Source: Octopus sinensis
Taxonomy: Eukaryota
NCBI RefSeq assembly: GCF_006345805.1
Contig: NC_043000.1
Location: forward strand, 19,096,001 to 19,160,000
DNA: 64,000 nucleotides
Direction of reading: 5' to 3'
The notes below the pieces were generated by a model that was given only the letters and a program-made list of their open reading frames with translations, did not search any database and was not told the DNA's origin. The position numbers were made by a program, and so were the translations under genes. Positions 25,316 to 37,226 of the stretch are shown here, in pieces (within the stretch, counting starts at the first letter, position 1; the number at the start of each line of letters is the position of its first letter).

Positions 25316-28132
25316 TTTGTGTGTCTGTGTTTGTCCCCCTAGCATTGCTTGACAACCGATGCTGGTGTGTTTATGTCCCCGTAACTTAGCGGTTCGGCAA
25401 AAGAGACCGATTGAATAAGTACTGGGCTTACAAAAGAATAAGTCCCGGGGTCGAGTTGCTCGATTAAAGGCGGTTCTCCAGCATGGACGCAGTCAAATGA
25501 CTGAAACAAGTAAAAGAGTAAAAGAGTAAAGAGAGTTGTTTATTTTGGAACTATAATTTTATGTAACCTTTTAAAATTTAACGTCATAGCTGTTAACTAA
25601 TCCGTTATCGGTGGCAACATTTTTAACTATGAAGTAATCGAATCATATTTTAATTAGAAATACGTTTCCATTGCTTTCGGAATTTGCTTTTTGTTTTTGC
25701 CATTGACTGAATTTTCTTTTCAGAAATCAATAGAATTGTAAACCAAAACCTCACATCTCTTCATCTATTAACGGAAATACATCGATAGAAGTCGAGAAAT
25801 ATTCATCAGCCTTGAACCAGTTTATCGTTTCCTGTCATACGTTGACAGAACCCTAAATACACACGAGAAAAAAAAATCACTTAGTTGAGCATGGCAACTA
25901 AGATACTATAGTATTAATGTATTTACTTTCAATCAGTTAGTTCTAGCGTGAGAACAAACACTCTTCACTTCGCTTCAGGGAAAGTATAATGGTGTGATGT
26001 TTCAGGTGAGCTACTTGCATTGCAGCTTGTCCCATTCGAGAATAAATCGCTACTCACGTAAAATGTAATCACTAAATGACAAGTAGTCATTATCTGAATT
26101 TCTGTAGCATTGACTGTATGCTAAATAAATCTTCAACTGAACACTAGTGTATGTATATATTGTAGACAAACCTTCCAAGATGGCCGGTTGTCCGTTTTCT
26201 AGAAGAGCAAACATGCAAACAGAGTTAAAACACTTTGTCTAATGATATGATACAATGTTGATAAAACAATACGAAGACATAATTAATGTGTTTCTGAATA
26301 CTGTTGAAGTTGTTACAAACAAAATCACATTCTGGCCGTTTTCTATACAGTCATTGTTAAAAAAAAAGTCTTATAAAACGCATATATCCCTACACCCATT
26401 CTTTGAAAAAATATATAATCTTTTCTGCTCTAGGCACAAGCACGAAATGTTTTGGGGTAGGGAGCTAGTCGATTAGATCAACCTCAGTATGCAACTGGTA
26501 CTTTATTTATCGACCCCGAAAGGATGAAAGGCAAAGTCGACCTCGGCGGAATCGAGACACTATATAATATAGTGCCTGAAAAAAAATCGTGGGTTTCAGG
26601 GCACCACAGCACTTCAATATCCTTCCTAAATGCCTGAGAGACATGCATGGTGTGGATGTGGGTTTCTTTAAAACTAAACTGGATCTCTTCTTCTCAGGGG
26701 TTCCGGATGAACCTACCTTTCGGCAGGAAACACAGATACGAGAAACAGCGTCGAACTCCCTTGTTGACCAAGTGCCACGTATCAGAGGTGGTTTCACATA
26801 CTAGTGTAGCTCATTCAACGGTGGTGCCCCAGCATGGCCCCAGCTTTCGGACTGAAAGATTTTTAAGGATTTAAGGATTGCTTTAAAACTGTATGTCATC
26901 ATTATTTAAGAAAAATATCGTTTGTTCATTATCCATTAAAGGGAGAGTATATACCACGTAGGCAGTTAAATAGCAGACTCTTTATCGCATCGGGCAAAAT
27001 CCTTTGACGCATATCTTCCAGTTTTTTTTACATTCTAAGTTCAAATCCAGTCGAAGTAAACTTTATCATCCATCTTTTCACAATCAATAATATAAAATAT
27101 CTGTCATGTACTGGAGTCGCTGGTATCGACTAATCCCCTCTTTGTAAATATATTGGTTGCCTTGTACTTAAATCAGAAACCATTCTTATAGTAAAATACT
27201 GCTTAACCAGTTACCATTCAGATGATTCTGTCAAATGCAATGCTTATTTATTAACATTCCTTTGAATTAATCGTGCATTATCTCAAAGGGAAGCACTCCG
27301 TCGGTTACGACGACGAGGGTTCCGGTTCATCCGACCAACGGAACAGCCTGCTCGTGAAATTAACGTGTAAGTGGCTGAGCACTCCACAGACACGTGCACC
27401 CTTAACGTAGTTCTCGGGGATATTCAGCGTGACACAGAGAGTGACAAGGCTGGCCCCTTGAAGTACAGGTACAACAGAAACAGGAAGTAAGAGTGAGAGA
27501 AAGTTGTGGTGAAAGAGTACAGCAGGGATCACCACCATCCCCTGCCGGAGCCTCGTGGAGCTTTAGGTGTTTTCGCTCAATAAACACTCACAACGCCCGG
27601 TCTGGGAATCGAAATTTATCTCAAAGATTGAAGATATCAATGATGTGCTTATTTATTTTTAGAATGACATTGTAGGGTATGTGTAAGAGATTGGATCTAG
27701 CCGGTTTTAACATAAAACAAGTTGAATATTTGGGCCAGATATGTCTAGTTTAAATGCTGAAGGGTTAAATATACCTCATCAGGATCTGACCAAAGAAGGT
27801 CACAAACTAAACCATGATCTGGAACATCAAGGGGCCTTTCTATTTCTCGGATCTGAAAAAGAAAAAACAAAACAAACAGACATTATTATTATTTTTAGGA
27901 ATAAATTAACAAATATTTAACAGATAAAGTATAATGTAAATTTCGTATGAAACTGCCACACCTGATTTATAGCGAAGACGATACATCAGTTAGTTTATTT
28001 GGGATACAAACCCTTGGATCTTTCAGAAATTTTATGAAAATGCATCTCATACCAGCACAATATATAAATTATGTATAGAAATACATAGACAAACAGACAC
28101 AAACACACACACACACACACACACACACCACA

Positions 28133-28163
<31 letters not shown>

Positions 28164-30541
28164 CACAACATGTACACAAAATTTGCCTCTTTTATCCTTT
28201 ATCTTTTATTCATTTCAGTTATTGGATTGTGGATATGCTGGGGCACCGCCTTAAAGTGTTTAGTCGAACAAATCGAATGAAGTCATTATTTTTTAAAAAC
28301 CTGGTGCTTATTCTATCGGTCACATTTTGCCGAGCCACAAAGTTACGGAAACATAAACAAATCAATACAATGTATCACGCAGTGGCTGGCGATAAACTTA
28401 ACACAAACGCAAAGACACACGCACATAAAAGCATACATACATACATACATACATACATACATACATACATACATACATACATACATACATACATACATAC
28501 ATACATACATACATACACACAAACGCACATACATACATACATACATACATACATACATACATACATACATACATACATACATACATACATACATACTATA
28601 GTCAGTCAAAAAGGCTCAAGTACTCTGTTACATATTTCACAATCCTTGTGGCACTGAAATGTAAAGACAACCTCAGTTATATTTGAACTCAGAACGTAGA
28701 GCATTGCACTGATTCTGCTACGTTTAATGTCGCTTTTTTGTTGTTTTAGATCCTGTTTAATTCTGATTGATCAGATTAAATATAACCTATCCGAGATCTT
28801 CTCGCCCATTAAGGGTATTAAGGACTGTATTATCTAATATGTTGTTGTCTACATCTTTGTTTCTTTAGACGATAGAGAGTGATTTGGGAGGAAATTCAGC
28901 TTCTATTTCTAACACTTTGAGGAGCTTTAGTTTTCGTTATCGCTTTAGTTTTTTATTGCTTTCTAGATTTGAAGATAAGTTTTATTAAATAGCAATTGAA
29001 GTAGATCGATACAGACCTGGTTTAAGTCAATCAAATCTGGCGATAATCCTCCATGCATACATAAAATAGTTCCTTCAATAAGGGCCGCTGTGAATTGAAA
29101 GAAAGGAAAACTATTACATATAATTTCAGCAATAAGGGCAGGGTTTTCATTCAAGGAAATTTTATTTGTTCTTTCATCATAGATTATATAAACATCTGAG
29201 GGCTTTCTTGTTTGCTTCAAGCATTGTGACACAAACATAAAATAAATAAGGAAGACGGAGAGCGTCTTACAATGTAAAAAGGGCAAGTTAAGCAGCCTTT
29301 ATAATATATTTCAGGCACAATGGCCTATAATGAGAAGCGAACGGTTTGAAAAAATATAAATTTACGTAATTATTCACTGTTGATGATGGGTCTTTGTGCC
29401 TGAAATATGAACGTTACCTCACTTTCCTTTTCGCATTATTAGAAGCTCTCCGTCTTCGTTTTTATTAGCCAGCTTGAGCATAATCCTATGAACCAAAGGA
29501 AAAAAAAACGAAAGGAAAAAAGAGAGCCACTACTGTATTGTGTTTTTTCTTTTTTGCATGACACTATTGCCCAAGGTTCCCATGGTCTTTTCCGTAGGCT
29601 TTTCTATCCACGGACAAACCTAATCTGTTCTCCCCTTTTTACATTGGCATTTCTGTGATACACGATCCCTGTTGATCGGCCCCACTTTTTTTTTCTGACG
29701 ATCCCTTTTGATCGGAATTCGACCCTTATTTTTTTCCTTTTCTTCCCAAAAAGAAAAGTTCTACTTAGTATTTTGTCCCTTCTGTGTTCGGCCCTATTTG
29801 TTATGAATATCTACAGGCTTTGTGATCTTATTTATTGAGTTGGCAAGTCTTGCAAAATAACACATATCTACACACATACAATCCGAATATACTTATATAC
29901 ATAAGCAGACATGTAACCACATGATTAGGATGAGTAGTCGAAAGTAACGATAAAGTTTGAATGATGATGATGCAGCGTAGAAATGAATGTGTGAATATGA
30001 ATATATAAATATTTAGAACATAACACATACATACATAACATAATTCATCGTTATTTTTCTGAAAGTATGATTAGTAAGGTAAAATATTTAAAAGTTTTGT
30101 TTCACCAATTCCCACACGCTGGTCAAGTAAAAAATCTGCAGGAAAACAACATACATAACAGCGTGTAGGTCATGTAGAAAGATTTTTCTGAATCAAGCTC
30201 TGTATATTGTATATACTAAAAATCCAGACCCTCAATGTAGCGTCAAATACAATTACATACATACATATATATATATATATATAGGGAGAGTTTACGAAAA
30301 AACAAAAGACGAAGACAGGTGGTGTACAAAACAAACAGATGTATTAGTATAACGCTCAAGAAGAGAAAAAGTCTTTTACGTTTCGAGCCTACGCTCTTCT
30401 ATAGAAAGGGACATAGAAAAAACAAGGCGAGAAAGAAGGAGAGAGAAAAAAAAGGTGTGCAATGGCTAACGATCTATCATGGTGACTGACTCGGACACAC
30501 CTATATATATATATATTATATATATATATATTATATATATA

Positions 30542-30580
<39 letters not shown>

Positions 30581-32611
30581 CATGCTTATGCATATGGTGT
30601 GATTTAGAAAGATATGGATGCTATTTCTAGCAGGTTGTCCAACTTGTTAGAGATACCTTCTTGGGTTTGCTGTTTCTATATAGTTTATCAAGAGCAACTA
30701 GTAACTTCTGTCTTTCTCAAGATAGTTAATTGTATTAAGAGTAAATGAGGTGCGAGATGTAAGAAAACATTGCTATAATCACAATTATATGCACATACAC
30801 ACAATCACAAGCCATATGGCGTAGTAGTTAGCATGGGGTACTCATTATCCTAAGGTCGTGTGTTTCAATCCAGCACCGTGCTGCACATTATGTCCTTGAC
30901 ACGCTACTTAGTTTCATATTGCTCCAGTTTGGAGGCGCAATGGCCCAGTGGTTAGGGCAGCGGACTCGCGGTCGTAGGATCGCGGTTTCGATTCCCAGAC
31001 CGGGCGTTGTGAGTGTTTATTGAGCGAAAACACCTAAAGCTCCACGAGGCTCCGGCAGGAGATGGTGGTGATCCCTGCTGTACTCTTTCACCACGACTTT
31101 CTCTCACTCTTACTTTCTGTTTCTGTTGTACCTGTATTTCAAGGGGCCAGCCTTGTCACTCTCTGTGTCACGCTGAATATCCCCGAGAACTACGTTAAGG
31201 GTACACGTGTCTGTGGAGTGCTCAGCCACTTACACGTTAATTTCACGAGCAGGCTGTTCCGTTGGTCGGATCAACCGGAACCCTCGTCGTCGTAACCGAC
31301 GGAGTGCTTCCACATTGCTCCAGTTTACTCAGCCGAAAATGAGTACCAATCAACAACTGAAAAAGTCCTCACTCGCTTTCTCAGCTGTTATATCCTCGAT
31401 GTTCCATCGGGTCGGGGGGCAGGATAGACGAAAGGATGATTATGTCTACTCGGGACTACAAAGACACTTAAACAAGTGGCAAAAACGTGGTAAATTTAAT
31501 CAAATGATATCTGCTTTAAATTAACAATAAAATACATATGTATATAATTATAGTAAGGGAGCAATGGCGAAAACGACCTATCTTCAGCATGCTTCAAGTG
31601 CTGAGACCTTCAAAAACTACTGAAAACTCCAGATAAATATACACATGGCTAAATATTCATTCACTAGCCCGCTTTCAGCCATGTGTATATTTATCTGGAG
31701 TTTTTGGTTGTTTTTTGAAGGTCTCAGCACTTGAAGCACGCTGGAGATAGTTCGTTTTCGCCCTTGCTCCCTTAATATAATTATATACATATGTATATCA
31801 TTATTAATTTAATGTATAAATTGCGTATAAATTTTTATACCATGCTGACTATCTGATAAAAATCATTAACGCGATTATTTATCCTTATATTCTATTATGA
31901 ATTTATATATATATATATGTATACATACAGCAAAATTAATGAACGGCCATAATAGGCCATTCAACCCACTAGAAATAACAGCCAAGGCTTCAACCGCAAA
32001 ACAATATTAATTCCGTAAACCAGGAGAAAATTTTAAAAACATTTACCCTGTAATACTTTATATGATGCATCGTTTCGTCTATTTTTTAATGCTACTGGCC
32101 TATGGAAGATTAGCTTGATTTAATTTAATCAGGTTGATTTACCATTAAAAAATAGACGAAACGATGCATCGTATAAAGTATTACAGGGTAAATGTTTTTA
32201 AAATTTTCTCCTGGTTTACGGAATTAATATTGTTTTGCGGTTGAAGCCTTGGCTGTTATTTCTAGTGGGTTGAATGGCCTATTATGGCCGTTCCTTAATT
32301 TTGGTGTTGAATTTATAAATGGTCTATGATTATTTACTTTTTTCCCACTAGGCCGCTGGTGGCAAAAAAATTCTGCAAAATTTTTGCCACCCTATATTGA
32401 TTAATTATGTATACATATATTATATATATATAATATATATATATACATACATATATATATAATATATATAATATATATATATATATCTATATATATATAT
32501 ATATAACATGTTATAATGTATATATAAAAATAAAAATTGTATAATACAGCAGCATTTTCGAACTTCATTTTTTACAATATATACCTACTCGTATACGAGC
32601 TAATCCTATTG

Positions 32612-32653
<42 letters not shown>

Positions 32654-32657
32654 ATAC

Positions 32658-32705
<48 letters not shown>

Positions 32706-32706
32706 T

Positions 32707-32750
<44 letters not shown>

Positions 32751-32934
32751 GATAAATCTCAGAGCGAGTTATAAACAGTAGCGGCAACACATCGTGACGT
32801 ATATTTGACATTTAATATGGCTAACCCCTAAGAAAGTGTGTTTATAGCCAGCTGGAGGAGGTGTCTTCCTGGGGCTACAAACTACAGTAGCATCCACCCT
32901 TAGGGGTTAGCCATATTCAAATGGCAAATATACG

Positions 32935-32971
<37 letters not shown>

Positions 32972-35900
32972 TTGTATGTTTGTATGTATGCATATATATG
33001 TGTGTGTGTATACACACACACATATATATCCGCATATATTTATGTGTGTGTGTGTGTGAATAAATTATCTAAGTATTTTATAACTAATCCATATAAGTAT
33101 AATATTTAAAAACACTTATTTAACTTCAGTGAAAATCCTTTCAGCCTTAGAAATAGTGTGCTTTGGCTAGGAATGCACTGTTAGTTGAGCATAAAGTTTG
33201 GCGTCGGTGATTAAACACCATAATCCATAAAATGACAGGTTGTACAACAAGGAAACGTTGATCTGGAAATGCCCTTTTTTACCCTGGGAAAGAGGGTTCA
33301 GTGTGGTTGGAATGAGTAATGAATAATCGACGATAAACAGCGTTTTATTAAACTATACTAAATTGAGTACAATTTTTCATTCTGTTTTATTTAACACGGG
33401 ACATAATATATACATTTTTATAGCAAGTGAAAAAATAACAGCATTTGAGAATTAGCAAATAAAAAACCTTTTGTCACTGCAACATGGTAAATAGAGAATA
33501 GCAAACGAGTTCCCTATGGATACCGTATTTATTACAACGAGTGGCTTGTAAACGTATCTAACAAGCGAAAGCGAGTTAGATACGTTTACAAGCCACGAGT
33601 TGTAATAAATACGGCATCCATAGGGAATGAGTTTGGTATTTTATTTATTACACACGAATAAACGACCATATTTTATTAACCCAATAAAACTAAATTCTTC
33701 ACATCGTGTTGAAGCGCGCATGAATACAGCTTGATTTCACGTCAGTGACGTCACAATGTGTAACTGTAAAATATGTCATGCCGCAGGAAGATAGTCCAAC
33801 TTTATAGCGCTAAGTTTTCTGGTGAAATGACTGATAACTGATGACTGTTTAACATTTTGTTAACATTCAAGTTCACGTTCAAGAAATACATAACACAGAT
33901 TGACAGTTTAGTTGTAAATTATGAATGACAAAAGTAGTGCCGTCACCGTGACCTCGGGTCATCACCATGGATTGACCAATCAGAAGCAGCGCTCGCAGTA
34001 TCTGACATATGTTAGATACCAAAAATCTCAAAGTGTTCTCACTCATATGTGTGTAATAATATATGATACCACGCAGATTCAAAATTACCGAGAACAGATT
34101 AAGTTAAGGAAACAAGAACGTTCGTTCGTGAAATTTGACCACATAAGTCTGTATGGGGTCTTCAATCGTTATCAAATTTTCAAGATAACATAATGGAGAT
34201 GCCACGAGATAGAGAAAACCAATATAAGCTTCTGTAGAATCTGATAGCTCTCATTCTAATTGGATTTGCCCGCCCATTTATATATCTATTTCTTTACTTC
34301 CCACAAGGGGGCTAAACAGAGAGAGGACAAACAAGGACAGACAAACGGATTAAGTCGATTACATCGACCCCAGTGCGTAACTGGTACTTATTTAATCGAC
34401 CCCGAAAGGATGAAAGGCAAAGTTGACCTCGGCGGAATTTGAACTCAAAACGTAACGGCAGACGAAATACCTATTTCTTTACTACCCACAAGGGGCTAAA
34501 CACAGAGGGGACAAACAAGGACAGACAAATGGATTAAGTCGATTATATCGACCCCAGTGTGTAGCTGGTACTTATTTAATCGACCCCGAAAGGATAAAAG
34601 GCAAAGTTGACCTCGGCGGAATTTGAACTCAGAATGTAGCGGCAGACGAAATACCGCTAAGCATTTCGCCCGGCGTGCCAACGATTCTGCCAGCTTGCCA
34701 CCGTCGGCAAAATGTTCCAGAACACGCTGTAAAACGTTTAGTGGGAAGATTTCAGCTTACCAGTCGCTCTGATTGGCCGAGCCACCATTTTGTAACTGAA
34801 AGCCTTTTTTGAAAACGTGGCCCGAAGTTGATAAATATGAATACTATGTTTCAAAACAAACTGCCATTTCGTGTGTTTGCTTTCAACAGTACAAGTTAAC
34901 CAATTAGTCTTTATCATCTCTTCAATACTGTCGCGAATTTTAGCCATATTCAATGAATTGTTTACGGTGAAGTTTGAATACTAGGGCTCAAGTTACTAAC
35001 CCGGACAGCAACAACCGAATATTTGACAGCTAGGTCGATACCCTGGCCTTGCACTCAACTGAAAATGGTCAAAATAAACATGAAATGTCCAAGGAAAGGT
35101 TTCGCAACCTTAATATTGGTTTAAAAAAGGCCGGAAATTTTTCGGGGGAGAGGGTAAGTCTATTACCTCGATCTCTGTGTTAATTTGGTACTTATTTTCT
35201 CGACTCGACTCGAAAGGGTCAAAAGCAAAGTCAACCTCGGTGGAATTTGAACTCAGAACGGAAAGACGGACGAAATGCCTCTAACTATTTTTTCCCGCGT
35301 GTCAGTGATTCTACAAGCTCGCCGCCTTTGGGAACCTTAATATTACGTAGACATTGAGCAAAGAATGGTCTTGAATGAAGTAAATACAAAGTTATATATA
35401 CAAAAATGCTAGTAAAATCTTACCTATTGGCAAACAGTTAAAACATTCTGTAAAAGTTTTCCATAATTTTATATTATATCTCCGCTTGCATTCGTCGTAA
35501 AAACCATAAATTCTATAAATGAATGAAAAAAATTATTTGTATAAATATATGCGCGTATGTGTACATATATATCCATATACATAAATATCTGTGTGTAAGT
35601 AATTAATTAAACGTTGGGTATGTACGAAGTAGTTAGCCGGTGAAGCACTTTCATTGCCTATGGCTACTTGGCGTCATCGACGGTTTTAATTTTAGAATTG
35701 TCGCTGGATCTACCTCAGGAATTCTTTAGTGTTCGTCGAGTATATAACCAATAATAGAGATGGAAAATGGAATATACAGAAACTTTATTGCTCACAACGA
35801 TTGTTTCGATCCATCTTGCATCGATCCCACGCGGGTGGGATACTGTACAGCTGGTAGTACATCCCTCGGTGTAGAAGTGTCTTGTCAAGTGATTTTACAA

Positions 35901-36379
35901 GAGAAGTCTGGTTAAATAAATCCTGTTTCGCTCGGTTTTAAAACAGCATGTTGTTAGTAAAAACACCATGTTTTTAGTGACAGTAGGTTTTTGCCCTTGG
36001 GCAAGAATGGCGAAGGAAAGCAACGGAATCTGGCCCTCGCCATTCCTGTCCAAGGGCTAAAACCTACTGTCACTAACAACATGCTGTTTTTTAAACCGAG
36101 CGGAACAGGGTCTATTTAACGAGATATCCCTTGAAAATTCACCTGACGAGACACTTCTGCACCGAGGGATGCACCACAACCAGTTGTACAGTATCCCACC
36201 CGCGAGGAATCGATGCATGATGGGTCGAAACGATCGTTGTGAGCAATAAAGTTTCTGTATATTCCATTTCCGTGTGTATCATTTGTTATATTTGTGTCTA
36301 CGTATGAATATAAATGCCTGTGTATGTACACACACATTTATACGATCGTTTCAACCTATCTATATATATATAGATCGAC

Positions 36380-36440
<61 letters not shown>

Positions 36441-37159
36441 AGAGAGGGGGAGATAGTGAGAGGGAGAGAGAGGGGGAGGATTAAAATATTGTAGACAGGG
36501 GTTGACTGATCCATACGAATATTTGTGATTCAAGTATTCTTGCAATAACATCACCGTAATAAATTTAGAAACGAGATATAATAATATATTTCTATTGGAA
36601 GTTTCGATTTAAAATGCTTGAATACGTCCCTATTGGTTTCTGTAGGTCTTTGAAAATCATAAAGACTATATTCTCAAGAGAATGGGTTTTCTAAATTCAA
36701 AGAGTAGCGATGATACACGAGAATGGAAATGCATGATGCTTCCGGTTGAAGAAGGTTTCGATAGATATATATAGCCAATTCTACTGTATCTTTATTATTT
36801 TTTATTTATTTATTTACGTGACCGACCAGACCATCAGATGTTGTTACACATCGCTGGTCACAATGCGCTCGCATTGTTTTAGCCTTCGAATGACGCCACC
36901 CCGCTGGCTAAGCGAGCAGGCCAACAGAAGAAAGAGTGAGAGAAAGTGTGGTGAAAGAGTACAACAGGGATCACCACTCCCTGCCGGAGCCTCGTGGAGC
37001 TTTTAGGTGTTTTCGCTCAATAAACACTCACAACGCCCGGTCTAAGAATCGAAACCGCGATCCTACGACCGCGGGTCCGCTGCCCTAACCACTGGGCCAT
37101 TGCGGCTCCACGTATCTTTATTACATTATTTAAATGTGGAAAACTAATACACACAACCA

Positions 37160-37226
<67 letters not shown>

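Noticed and set aside
28963-29286. 107-aa ORF as a whole
   Set aside because: Only 29017-29087 is exonic; the rest is intron read-through
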